IMG/VR virus record: IMGVR_UViG_3300014664_000015
Span: 1-64,000 of that record
Direction: 5' to 3' (one strand)
DNA length: 64,000 bases
Source of the DNA: a virus
Lineage: Duplodnaviria; Caudoviricetes
Shown: piece after piece, positions 1 through 9,461 of the stretch
How the letters are laid out: every line of letters starts with the position of its first letter
Position numbering within the stretch: the stretch's first letter is position 1
Notes under the pieces: model-generated
Seen by the model: only the letters and a program-made list of their open reading frames with translations
Told to the model about the DNA's origin: nothing
Database searches by the model: none
Translations under genes and position numbers: made by a program

Positions 1-579
1 TCAATTGCTAGTTGGCGGGGACGGCCACTTAATATCTTGCGCTTCAGAGGTATCAACACGGTTTAACAGCACTCGATACTTTTTCCATTCTATCAAATCG
101 TCAACTTCTGCTTCAGTCGCGAAAGAAAGCTCAACTGCATCGTTTAACGTTTCAATGATCAGCGTAGCCTCTTGCGTGAGCCGCTTCTTCTCACTTTCGG
201 CGAAAGCTACTGCGGCTGCGCGCTCCGCTTCTGTATCTTTCTCCCATCCCTCACCATTCCAACGCATGTAGTTTCCGTCAGGAGCAATTGTCGTTACGTC
301 AGGAGGCAAAGCGCCAAGCCCGTTAATATAGACCCGCTCACCTGTTTCTTTACTGTATAGTTTTTGATTTCGATAGTCCTCAACCAGCTCCCACTTTGTT
401 CCGTTGAATACTGCAACCTTTCCATTTGGCACTTCAGGCGGTGCAATATTGGTGCAGTCTGCCGGGAGACCAGTATTAGCCGGTATATAAGCATCCCCCG
501 CCCCAATAAACTCTCGGGTATCTGCGCGGAGATTGTAAATTCGGATAGTGCGGTCTTTACTTGAAAATTTAAAAGCCAT
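1..579 (-). CDS. tfa: Tail fibre assembly chaperone (Tfa family)
   Basis: 192 aa with WxxVEDxR and W..Y...L.RVD..WP..P motifs, directly after the fibre gene. Confidence 0.9.
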   Translation of the reverse strand: MAFKFSSKDRTIRIYNLRADTREFIGAGDAYIPANTGLPADCTNIAPPEVPNGKVAVFNGTKWELVEDYRNQKLYSKETGERVYINGLGALPPDVTTIAPDGNYMRWNGEGWEKDTEAERAAAVAFAESEKKRLTQEATLIIETLNDAVELSFATEAEVDDLIEWKKYRVLLNRVDTSEAQDIKWPSPPTSN

Positions 580-2756
580 TATGCAAGCCTCACAATGTAG
601 TTATAAGCGATGTTTTTGACGGTGTTCTCTGCGTTACCAGCAGCGGCAACGGTAATGGTGTGGGTATGCGACCCCATAACAACCGAGTGAGTGTGTGCAC
701 CTACGGCCACCGTATGCGTATGAGCCCCTACGGCTACCGTATGCGCATGCGCGCCAGCGCTAGCCGCCGTGCCTGTTACGCTGTGTGTGTGTGCCCCGGC
801 ATTAACGGTAAAAGAAGACGTATCAACAAAGCCGGCTTTATTAAAGACGTTACGGTCAATGTAAACGCCATTACCGCCCCCACCATCACGCCATGCTCTC
901 TGGGCGTGACTGTGGTCACCAGCACTTGCAGCAGTACCGGAAACGCTGTGCGTATGTGCACCGGTGCTGTTTGATGTTTTAGTCCCGTAGTCAAAGGAGC
1001 TGGTTGTTTTCGTCCCGTGATCGAATGCGCTGGTATTTTTCGTCCCGAGATCGGTTGAGGAAGCTGATGCCCCGTGGTTATGCGATTTAATGCCGTCTTG
1101 TTCCTGTGACAGCACTGCACGACCGCTTGCAGGCTTCCCTTTAATCGTCCATCCGCGCATATCAGGGATTACGCCTGATGGATATGCTGCTGCCAGAAGT
1201 GGATAAGCCGTCTTATCGAAGCTTTGCCCCGCCATAATGGCATAACCGAACGGTGCCACATCGGACGGCCACGGAATAGGGGCACCAACAGGAAACGCAT
1301 CAACAGGCGTCCAAGCAGTCCAGGCACCTGTTGAATACTGGCTCCGGGTATAACTTCTGGAACTGTTATAAACCCTGTAAACCTGCGTTACTCCAGCATT
1401 TTTATAAACAATCAACGTTCCGGCGTTATTTTCGGGGTAGTGCCTTGCGGTTGAGGTATTGGCGTTCGCTGGCTGGTAATAAATACCCGGCGTTTTAAGC
1501 GTATCCAAATCCTCAGTCGAAAGCCCGATCGCCTGACCGTTGAAAATATCCTGAGAGGTTACGTTAATATCAGCACTGAGCGCATGACCATTGACCTTGC
1601 GCCCGCTAGGTACCGCCCCCACGTCCGCGGCTGTAGGTTTATTCTTGTCGGTATAAAAATATTGGTAACTCTTTGTTTGCCCGGCATCCCAGCGAATCGC
1701 AATTTTACCTGTGTTACTGGACGGTATAATCAGATGTCTGTCGTCCCTGTTTCCACCTCCATCCTGTAACAGTGTAATTGTGTGAGCGTACGGACCACCA
1801 TCAACAGCATGCGTCCAGAAGCCAGACGGCAACCCGGCTGGAATATTGTCATAACTGTTCGCCCCAGCTACGGCTGTCCGTGGAGCTGTACCACCTACCC
1901 CCGCATATCCAACAGTCAACACTCTGCCCGCCGTAGTATCGGTCTGAGAGGTAACAACATCCTTTCCGGACGCTGTCCCAAGACTGTTTTTGACTTTCGC
2001 CAGTTCATCATTTACTGCCTTAACAGCATTTGGCGTGGCCGCCATCACCTCCGAAGTACTGTCGGTTGCACTACTGAGCTGGACGATACCTTTTCTTGCT
2101 GTGGTGGCGTCCTGTGCCGTGTATTTACCGTCTGCAAGATCGTATGCTGCCTTAACTGCCTTTGATGTGGCCGCCATCTCCTCCGACGTACTGTCGGTAG
2201 CATTACTGAGCTGCACCAGCCCCTTACGGGATATGGTTGCATCAACGACGTCTATCGCTTCTCGCGCGCTTTTTTGTGCCCCTGGACCATTCTCAGCAAT
2301 CTCCCCAAGATTTCGATCGATCCGCAGGAAAAGACCATCGCCAGTAGCCACTTTTAATTCAACTGCCGCCGTCTCTGATACTGCAAGACGGAATTGCAGA
2401 TTAACGCTGACACCGTTTTCAGGCTTTTCAATGGCAGCACAGTTCGCAACAGAATATAGTTCGCCGGCATCTGTCAGCAGGCCTACTTCCCTGACTACAA
2501 ATCCGCCAACGGCAACCGGGAGGACCAGCTGAGCAAAAAACTGGTTCGCCTGATCCGGAGATACCTGTAATGCAGAAATTGCGCTTCGATATACCTCACG
2601 CACCAGCTTCGTCTGCGCCGGATCCGGTCTAACGGCCTGCCCGTTCCCGTCCCCAACAACAAAATCTTTAATGATGACGGGCTTCCCGGTTGCGGAAGAT
2701 TGAGCTTCCAGCTCCTTGCCCCGGTTTGTCAGAATGCTGTAATACTTCTCAGCCAT
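579..2756 (-). CDS. Tail fibre protein (P2 gpH-like N-terminus, collar domain, His-rich tip)
   Basis: 725 aa; KGxVQLSxATDSTSE repeats, collar motif [12 protein letters not shown], HxH repeats. Confidence 0.92.
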   Translation of the reverse strand: MAEKYYSILTNRGKELEAQSSATGKPVIIKDFVVGDGNGQAVRPDPAQTKLVREVYRSAISALQVSPDQANQFFAQLVLPVAVGGFVVREVGLLTDAGELYSVANCAAIEKPENGVSVNLQFRLAVSETAAVELKVATGDGLFLRIDRNLGEIAENGPGAQKSAREAIDVVDATISRKGLVQLSNATDSTSEEMAATSKAVKAAYDLADGKYTAQDATTARKGIVQLSSATDSTSEVMAATPNAVKAVNDELAKVKNSLGTASGKDVVTSQTDTTAGRVLTVGYAGVGGTAPRTAVAGANSYDNIPAGLPSGFWTHAVDGGPYAHTITLLQDGGGNRDDRHLIIPSSNTGKIAIRWDAGQTKSYQYFYTDKNKPTAADVGAVPSGRKVNGHALSADINVTSQDIFNGQAIGLSTEDLDTLKTPGIYYQPANANTSTARHYPENNAGTLIVYKNAGVTQVYRVYNSSRSYTRSQYSTGAWTAWTPVDAFPVGAPIPWPSDVAPFGYAIMAGQSFDKTAYPLLAAAYPSGVIPDMRGWTIKGKPASGRAVLSQEQDGIKSHNHGASASSTDLGTKNTSAFDHGTKTTSSFDYGTKTSNSTGAHTHSVSGTAASAGDHSHAQRAWRDGGGGNGVYIDRNVFNKAGFVDTSSFTVNAGAHTHSVTGTAASAGAHAHTVAVGAHTHTVAVGAHTHSVVMGSHTHTITVAAAGNAENTVKNIAYNYIVRLA

Positions 2757-2758
2757 GG

Positions 2759-3310
2759 TTATTCTCCGGCCTCAATAACAACGTCAATCCAGGCGGTAAC
2801 AGCACCGCCGACATAATAAGTTCCCTTCGCACCCAGATCAGCGATCACATCGATGGTTGTCAGCAGGCTGCGAAGGTTTTTGGCTTTATCAACCTGGCGC
2901 CGGATACGCTGGTAAAGCGCTTCGTCGATGGCCTGAATGCTGTAAACTTCCACCCGGAAGGTATAAGGATCCATACGCGGTGTGTCCTCCCACCACTCCA
3001 CCACCGTGGTAGGCAGGCTAACTGCACTCAGCGATCGTCTGACCGCACCAGCGGTTCCCCGGTGCTGATGGACATATGCGGCATCCCGGATCACCTGCCT
3101 TTTTTCTTCCTCGGTCCAGGCCTCCTCCCATGAATCCACCGCAAATTCCCAGGCCAGCCAGGGCAGCAAATGTGCAGGACAGGTATCAGGATTTTTCACC
3201 TTACGCACCATGTTAGTATCCAGATCAGTAATCTGCTCAGAACTGGCCTGCTCCTGTGCCCGCTCCGGGTGAATGGCTGAAGGTGGTAGCAGAGATCGAA
3301 ATTTATCCAC
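2759..3310 (-). CDS. Baseplate/tail protein I (P2 gpI-like)
   Basis: [30 protein letters not shown] motifs. Confidence 0.92.
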   Translation of the reverse strand: MDKFRSLLPPSAIHPERAQEQASSEQITDLDTNMVRKVKNPDTCPAHLLPWLAWEFAVDSWEEAWTEEEKRQVIRDAAYVHQHRGTAGAVRRSLSAVSLPTTVVEWWEDTPRMDPYTFRVEVYSIQAIDEALYQRIRRQVDKAKNLRSLLTTIDVIADLGAKGTYYVGGAVTAWIDVVIEAGE

Positions 3311-4217
3311 TCACACCTCCTTTACGGGTGACGTTTATCGCGCTGCACCATGGAGCCTGTCCTGCGGCCGCTTCCAGATCTGCCGTCGGGCTGATCAACC
3401 TGACCCGGGCCACACCGGGCTGCTGAAGCGCCGAGTAAATCGCGGAAAGCGGTACGATGGCATTAATACGATGGGAAAGCTGTGTGTAGCTCGTCAGCGT
3501 ACTAATCGCGTTTTCCAGCACCGTCTGTGCATCCGGACCGTCTGGTATTTCAAGTTCAGCCTTAACGGTATAGCTGGCGATACTGGCACTCTTCACACTG
3601 ACAAAATCGGTGAGCGGCCTGACTTCATCCGCGCTCAGTGTGTTCATGACGGTTTCAATAAGAATGAGCCCTGCCTGACCGTTCCCTGTGCGCGAGAGCA
3701 CGTACACATCCACCTCGCCGGGCCGGTTATGGGTTTCAGGCCCGTAGGCGTCCGCATCCAGCACATCGTTATCCGCAGATTTGGCATGAAAGCGATAAGC
3801 GTTACGCGCGCCGGCCGTATTCAGCTGCGCCCACGAAAGTTGTATACGTTCCCGGAAAGCGTCGTCGTCTTCATAAACAGGATCGACAGGGGGAACCGCA
3901 TCCGGATCGCCAGGATTAATCACCAGACGGGAAACGTTAAAGGCCGCGCCCAGCTGGTCGAGATCGGCCCCTCTGGCACTGGCAAGGAAAACTGCGCGTA
4001 CTGCGTCGTTAACCCGCTGGAACGCCAGGGTGAGCTGGTAGGCATTGATTTCACCCTGTTTATACGCCGGGTCAGATTCCACCAACGCATCAAATTCCGG
4101 ATCCAGTTCGCGCAGGCGCGCCAGCCAGCGGGTAAAAATGTCAGCGGCATCCGGTACCACGATGGCATCCGGCACCGCCAGGGCGGACAGGTTAATTACG
4201 TCATAGCTGCTTGCCAT
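3303..4217 (-). CDS. Baseplate wedge protein J (P2 gpJ-like); start moved to MASSYDV
   Basis: ARGADLDQLGA, EDDDAFRERI, AG..AY.FHA motifs; ATG at 4217 overlaps the gpW stop. Confidence 0.92.
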   Translation of the reverse strand: MASSYDVINLSALAVPDAIVVPDAADIFTRWLARLRELDPEFDALVESDPAYKQGEINAYQLTLAFQRVNDAVRAVFLASARGADLDQLGAAFNVSRLVINPGDPDAVPPVDPVYEDDDAFRERIQLSWAQLNTAGARNAYRFHAKSADNDVLDADAYGPETHNRPGEVDVYVLSRTGNGQAGLILIETVMNTLSADEVRPLTDFVSVKSASIASYTVKAELEIPDGPDAQTVLENAISTLTSYTQLSHRINAIVPLSAIYSALQQPGVARVRLISPTADLEAAAGQAPWCSAINVTRKGGVSG

Positions 4218-4554
4218 AAATCGGTATGCCTCCGGTGCTGACAGGAAGATTGTTCTCTTTGTTAATCCCTTCGATATCCACCACACACCCCGTTCCGTCA
4301 GCCGGGAAAGAAACGACAACGCGCGTGACCTTAAGCCGGGGTTCCCAGCGTGCCAGCGCCGAGGCGGTCGCGGCGATAATGCGAAGCCTGGTCAGGTCAT
4401 CACGAGGGTTATCAACCAGCGAAAACAGGGCACTGCCATAATCACGGATCAGTACACGGCTGCCGACGGGCGTGGAGAGAATATCGCTGACGGACTGGCG
4501 CAGATGATCGCTACCGGACAGGCGTTTCCCGGTCCGGCTGTTTACACCGTTCAT
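4201..4554 (-). CDS. Baseplate protein W / gp25-like
   Basis: H..QSV.DIL.TP.GSR...RDYGS and ALARWEPR motifs. Confidence 0.92.
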   Translation of the reverse strand: MNGVNSRTGKRLSGSDHLRQSVSDILSTPVGSRVLIRDYGSALFSLVDNPRDDLTRLRIIAATASALARWEPRLKVTRVVVSFPADGTGCVVDIEGINKENNLPVSTGGIPIYGKQL

Positions 4555-4590
4555 AGTATTTTCCGTATCTGTTTGTCGGATGGCTGAGAG

Positions 4591-5709
4591 TTATCCGAAG
4601 TAATCCGGTCCGGTCTTATCCTTGCTGCCGGAATTTTTTGAGGATTTCGCAGGCTTGCGAATATCAACCACCAGGTTGTATGTGAAACTGAAACCCGCAG
4701 GTGTCAGGGAAAACACCAGCGACTCAACCACCCAGGCGCGATCTTCCCGATCGCCAAAGCCGGACGTGGATACGCCAGACTCTGCCGTGAGAGGAACGTG
4801 CCTGGGTCGGCAGGGCCCCGTTACTGTCATTTTTTGTTCATTGCGGCGGGCCTGCGTTTTTTTCGCTTTGGCCTGCTGATCGGCAGTAGCTTTTACAGGC
4901 TGGGTATACGGGTTAGCCATTGAGGGGCCATCATGATCAACCGTGGTGGTTTTGGTCTTCCCGTCAGCCTCATCGTAATAACGTACGCCGATTTTGCCTG
5001 AAGACTTACCACTGCTGGCGGTGGCCTTCCCTGTCGAACTGCCCCGCTCTCCTTCGCTGTAAGACCAGTTTGACACCTCTTCTGGTGTGATAATCAGAGC
5101 TGCGGTCTGTTCGCCGGAAACATTTGCCGTGGCTCCCTGACGCAGAAAGAGCCAATATCCGCCCGACGGTTTACTGACAGCATTCCATGTTCGGGCCAGG
5201 CGCGTCAGCAGATTGGCGTCCGATTCTGCCACCTGGTCAACGTGGTCGATATGAATGTCGGCCAGCTCTGCGGCCACTTTTGGTACCAGTCCGTTTTCTT
5301 TCGCTACCGTTTTAACCAAATCCGCCAGTCGCAGGTTATCCCAGCTGCGTGTTTTCTGGCTGATCACATCACCCGGTTGTTTTTGCGCGTTCATTGGCGC
5401 AGCGGTGGCATAAATTTCGATACGACGTGGCGGGCCGCTGCTGGCCACGCCGGAAACCACGAACCAGCCCTTATCCACCAGTTGATCATTAAAACCCAGC
5501 GCCACGCGAAGACGAGCGCCTTTTGGCGGAAGGGGGAGCGATTCCGAGAGCAGGGTGATTTTCAGCTCATCTGCTTTTGCCGTGGCACCTCCGTAATCAG
5601 TCAGCGTCAGCTCTGCCAGGCATTGTTGCAGCGCACGGGTAATATCTTTTCCTTCAGCGCTGACGCTGAAAGCGGGAGCATATTCCGGTTTAACAATCTG
5701 ATCTGCCAT
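4591..5709 (-). CDS. Baseplate hub / late control protein D (P2 gpD-like)
   Basis: LP..GA.L.VALG, DQ..ESD..LLTRLA motifs and position. Confidence 0.88.
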   Translation of the reverse strand: MADQIVKPEYAPAFSVSAEGKDITRALQQCLAELTLTDYGGATAKADELKITLLSESLPLPPKGARLRVALGFNDQLVDKGWFVVSGVASSGPPRRIEIYATAAPMNAQKQPGDVISQKTRSWDNLRLADLVKTVAKENGLVPKVAAELADIHIDHVDQVAESDANLLTRLARTWNAVSKPSGGYWLFLRQGATANVSGEQTAALIITPEEVSNWSYSEGERGSSTGKATASSGKSSGKIGVRYYDEADGKTKTTTVDHDGPSMANPYTQPVKATADQQAKAKKTQARRNEQKMTVTGPCRPRHVPLTAESGVSTSGFGDREDRAWVVESLVFSLTPAGFSFTYNLVVDIRKPAKSSKNSGSKDKTGPDYFG

Positions 5710-5711
5710 TT

Positions 5712-5927
5712 TTAATCCCACAGGCTGTAATCGGAAGCCTGAACCGGCGGAGCCAGATCCGGTAAAGTGATATACAGACCTGACGGATAAACGGCCCCAC
5801 GGTCAGCCAGTCCAGGATTCGCTTCAAGAACCTGCGTCACAATATAAGAGAGGTTCTCCGTGCCGTAATGAGTCGCGCAGATCGCATCCAGCACATCACC
5901 GTCACGGGTTTGATATGTCATCGGCAT
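5712..5927 (-). CDS. Tail protein X (LysM-like, P2 gpX)
   Basis: GD.LD.IC..HYG, VLEANPGLA, LWD end. Confidence 0.9.
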   Translation of the reverse strand: MPMTYQTRDGDVLDAICATHYGTENLSYIVTQVLEANPGLADRGAVYPSGLYITLPDLAPPVQASDYSLWD

Positions 5928-6372
5928 AATGTTTCAGCGTCATCGTCCAGTTTTTGTTTCGGTGGCCGCCGCCAGGCAGGAATCTGCTGGTCGTATCTGA
6001 GAAGTCGATCACCACCCACCAGCCCAGGACATCTCCTTCACCGCTGACCAGCTGCTGAGGCTGATTCTGGTCTGCCAGGTCGAAGAGATCGTTAACAGCA
6101 TCCACCCCCTTGCGAAAGAAAGCATGCGATTCCCCTTCAAGCCGGACGGTTCGCCCGGGCTTGCCGGTATACTGCAATAAATCCTGCTTCCCGATCCGCT
6201 CCTGTTCGCTCCATCGCCAGCTGGCCTCGCGGGTCAGCTGGTTGTATGCCGTGGTGTCGATCGAAAAGGCAAAATCGCCCAGCATCATCATCACCCGGGC
6301 GGCCTGAGCCCCCCGAACAGTGCTGGACTGAAACTGCCCAAAGTCTTCAAAGACAGGAATGATTTCACTCAC
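5902..6372 (-). CDS. Tail tube initiator (P2 gpU-like)
   Basis: MMMLGDF.FS..T.AY..L.R...WRW motif. Confidence 0.88.
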   Translation of the reverse strand: MSEIIPVFEDFGQFQSSTVRGAQAARVMMMLGDFAFSIDTTAYNQLTREASWRWSEQERIGKQDLLQYTGKPGRTVRLEGESHAFFRKGVDAVNDLFDLADQNQPQQLVSGEGDVLGWWVVIDFSDTTSRFLPGGGHRNKNWTMTLKHYADDISNP

Positions 6373-8501
6373 CAGATTTGTCCTCCGTCCAGCATGCTGC
6401 TGTCACCGTTAAATACCGGACTGGTTTTAGTCACCGCGACAACTTCATCCCCGATCGCCCTTTCGTCCTGACCAGGTGCGCCATGTATCTCATAATGAAA
6501 TTCGAAACGACGGTTGTCGGTCAGTTGTCGGGGAGGTGGCGCTTTGTCCGCAAAATCCAGCTTCTGAAGTAATGTTTCCCAGTAACTGCTTTCCCCTTCA
6601 CCTGACAGTTCTGCCGGTCTGTCTGAAACAGGTTCAGGAGACTGTCGGGAGTTAATCTCAGGAGTTAAGAGCAATACGTCTGCGCTTTTATCCCTGTAAC
6701 GTTCGTTATCCGTGAATGATCCCTGCGCTTTGTCAGTACCCGGTAACGAATCGACATCAACATTCACATCAGGTATACGCTGTGTCGGGTATTTTGAATT
6801 CCCCTTTACATCAGGGATACGCTGTGAAGGGTATTCCGATCTCTCCTCAGATCTTCCCTCTGCTGCTGTCCAGTTAAGGGAAGGATAAACATCGACATTG
6901 ACCACCGGCTTATCCGGTGAGATGTTGTCTGCGGATCCCTTCGGTTTTTCCGCTGCGGGCCAGACGCTACTTTTTTCAAGGGAGGGAAAGGAAGGAAGTC
7001 TGTAATTATTCCAGGCGCCGGCAGTCCTGTCGGATGTTTCATGTCCCGGTTGCACAGACGTCTCCTGGTTCTGGTTGAGTGCTGAATCCCAGGAGAACGG
7101 CGCGCCGTTGCTTTCCGGCGTCACGTATTTATCGAGCGTATTGTTGAAGGTGTCATCGTCGTCGCGGAAAAATCCCCGGGTGTCCCGGTACGATTTTTTC
7201 ACATCTTCAGGCAGGTCCGGCTTTTCCTTCAGTTGCTGCTCAAACCATTCGCCCTGACCATTGCGTTGCGCCGTCATGCGTGCAATATCAACCGAGCCGG
7301 TCATGGCCAGCGATTTGAGCACGTCCCGCTGATCGCTTCTCTCATCCGGTAAAAGCCAGGACAGTTTTTTCGCCAGCGCGTAAGCCACTTTCCCGACGAA
7401 CACAATGCCCTGGCCGAACGTCAGCACGCCGGGGTAAAGATCATTTCGCAGGAAACTGACAATGCGTTTGATCCCGCCCCCCTTAAACCACTCCGCCATA
7501 TCATCCGTCAGCCGGCGGATATCCGGTGCCAGCTCGTTTCCCAGTTGCCCTGAGATTTCCGCTACAGCCGAGGAGAAGACAGTGCGCAGGCTGGTAATGG
7601 CGCGGTTGCCCTCCATCGCCCCTTCAGCCCCCTCTTTCGTGACGAGGTTATAACGCCGCTGCTCGTCCATCAGGTCACGGTAGCTTTTGCCTGACTGCTT
7701 CAGCAACATCAGCAGTTTGCTGGCCTCGCCGCCAAACAGCGAATCCAGTGCAAACGACGCTTTCGACTCGTCCTGCATGCTGAGCGCACGCTCGACGATT
7801 TTTTCGAACTGCGCCATATCGCTGAGGCCCGCAAAATCCCCCGCCTTAAATCCCAGCGTTTCAAACGCATCCTGAAGAGAACCCTGCTTGCCGTTCTGCT
7901 TGTACTCTCCCGCCTTGTGAAGGTACTCCTCGAACAGGTCGCCGATGTTCTCCCCGTTCATGTCGTACTGCTTCGCGAGCGTATCCCAGGCATCAAACGT
8001 CGGGATATCGACGCCATAGCTTTTCGCCACGCCTGCCCGTCGGGCCGTTTCTGCGTTGGTGGCCGCAGGTGCAATCAGGGTGCCCAGGGCGGAAGCCACC
8101 ACGCCACCGCCCCCAATCGCCAGCCCGGGAGCCACCATCCCGCCCAGTTGTCCGGCCATACCGAGCCCACGGCGAAACAGCCCTTTCCCTGCCCCCTTGA
8201 AGGCGGCCAGCCGTTGCGTCTTCTGCATCTGCTGATTCAGCTTCTGCTGTTCGGCCTCCGTCTTGCGGATTTCACGGGAGACGTCACTGTAACGCCGTTT
8301 AAGATCGCCAAGACTTTGCCCGGCCAGCTTCGCGCGCTTAATCTCAGCCGCCAGCCTGGACTGGTCTTTCGTCAGTTTTTCTGACTGCTTTCCGACGTCC
8401 TTCAGGCTTTTTTGCAGGCTGTTCGCTGAACGGCTCCAGGAGCTGTCGATACTGCCGCCAAAGGTAATGACGGCCTTAAGGTTCTGGCTTAATCCGGCCA
8501 C
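6369..8501 (-). CDS. Tape measure protein
   Basis: 710 aa after the tail chaperone; N-terminal coiled coil and Gly/Ala-rich segment. Confidence 0.85.
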   Translation of the reverse strand: MAGLSQNLKAVITFGGSIDSSWSRSANSLQKSLKDVGKQSEKLTKDQSRLAAEIKRAKLAGQSLGDLKRRYSDVSREIRKTEAEQQKLNQQMQKTQRLAAFKGAGKGLFRRGLGMAGQLGGMVAPGLAIGGGGVVASALGTLIAPAATNAETARRAGVAKSYGVDIPTFDAWDTLAKQYDMNGENIGDLFEEYLHKAGEYKQNGKQGSLQDAFETLGFKAGDFAGLSDMAQFEKIVERALSMQDESKASFALDSLFGGEASKLLMLLKQSGKSYRDLMDEQRRYNLVTKEGAEGAMEGNRAITSLRTVFSSAVAEISGQLGNELAPDIRRLTDDMAEWFKGGGIKRIVSFLRNDLYPGVLTFGQGIVFVGKVAYALAKKLSWLLPDERSDQRDVLKSLAMTGSVDIARMTAQRNGQGEWFEQQLKEKPDLPEDVKKSYRDTRGFFRDDDDTFNNTLDKYVTPESNGAPFSWDSALNQNQETSVQPGHETSDRTAGAWNNYRLPSFPSLEKSSVWPAAEKPKGSADNISPDKPVVNVDVYPSLNWTAAEGRSEERSEYPSQRIPDVKGNSKYPTQRIPDVNVDVDSLPGTDKAQGSFTDNERYRDKSADVLLLTPEINSRQSPEPVSDRPAELSGEGESSYWETLLQKLDFADKAPPPRQLTDNRRFEFHYEIHGAPGQDERAIGDEVVAVTKTSPVFNGDSSMLDGGQIW

Positions 8502-8657
8502 GATTTACCGCCTCCACTTCGTCGGTGAGAAAATCCGAAAACACACTGAACGGCATATCCAGATATTCCGTCATGGGAAAATGCAGGCGCCGTCCCAGAA
8601 AACGTATCGCCCGCATCAGCCCTCTTTCGGTCGCTTCTCGGGCGGGAGCATAAAAAC
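8476..8657 (-). CDS. -1 frame extension of the tail chaperone (E+E'-like)
   Basis: -1 frame open from the GTTTTTA run (8651-8657) to TAA at 8476; encodes ...MRAIRFLGRRLHFPMTEYLDMPFSVFSDFLTDEVE. Confidence 0.65.
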
Positions 8658-8915
8658 ATTAAACGCGTCCAGCAGCTGGGCATAATCTGCCGCAGTCAGT
8701 TGCCAGATATCCTGTTCGCTGAGGTTGCACAGCAGCGCAATCATGCGCGCCTCTTTTTCTTCTTCACTGCCGCGGTCTTTGGAAAAGGCAATGCGGTCAC
8801 GCACCAGCGGCTCGCGCAGCGTCACCTGTTCGAGCAGGCCACCGTTCTCAAAGGAAACAGGGGAATACAGTTTGATAACGCGTGTTTCACCAGGAAAAGA
8901 CATGTTGATCTCCAT
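8616..8915 (-). CDS. Tail assembly chaperone (gpE / Mu gp41-like)
   Basis: V.LREP.V.D..., L..ADY..L motifs; between tube and tape measure genes. Confidence 0.85.
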   Translation of the reverse strand: MEINMSFPGETRVIKLYSPVSFENGGLLEQVTLREPLVRDRIAFSKDRGSEEEKEARMIALLCNLSEQDIWQLTAADYAQLLDAFNVFMLPPEKRPKEG

Positions 8916-8954
8916 AAAAAAACGGCCCGCAGGCCGTTGTAAGATTGTTTGAAG

Positions 8955-9461
8955 TTAAAGCCGTACTTTTGCCGCCAGACCGGACAGAACATCAACGCCA
9001 TTCACCCGGCGCGAGAAGCGCTCAGTATCAATCTCAAAGAGCTCGCGACCGTCTTTGGTCTGACGGTAATAGCTCACGGCGATTTCCACCGTGACGGCAT
9101 TTTCGGACAGGCTGTCCTTGCCACGCGGGTCGGGAGTGACGGTCTGCACAAAGCCTTCGATCTCCTCGATGGTACCCATCGCGTTACCGTTAGCCAGATA
9201 GCCCTGATAGGCCGTAAAGCGTGGACGGCTGCCGCTGACAAAACCGAAAGCGGTCAGCATATCCACGTCCACACCGTAAAACTTCAGCTGACAGGTGAGA
9301 GCTTCCATGCCGTCATCAACGGGGGACGGCGCATCCTGTGCGCCGGTACGCAAATCCGTTTTGACAATGGACAATGCCGGCGGAGTAAATTCATGCGCCC
9401 CCTGTATGCGGATCCCCTGCCGGAAGAAGGTCCAGACGCGTAATGTGTTTTTTTCGCTCAT
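8955..9461 (-). CDS. Tail tube protein (P2 FII-like)
   Basis: 168 aa; YY.....G..L.EID......VNGVD motif. Confidence 0.9.
   Translation of the reverse strand: MSEKNTLRVWTFFRQGIRIQGAHEFTPPALSIVKTDLRTGAQDAPSPVDDGMEALTCQLKFYGVDVDMLTAFGFVSGSRPRFTAYQGYLANGNAMGTIEEIEGFVQTVTPDPRGKDSLSENAVTVEIAVSYYRQTKDGRELFEIDTERFSRRVNGVDVLSGLAAKVRL

Noticed and set aside
1-2756. Invertible tail-fibre cassette or diversity-generating retroelement
   Set aside because: No invertase, reverse transcriptase or second fibre fragment in the window; sequence left of position 1 cannot be judged
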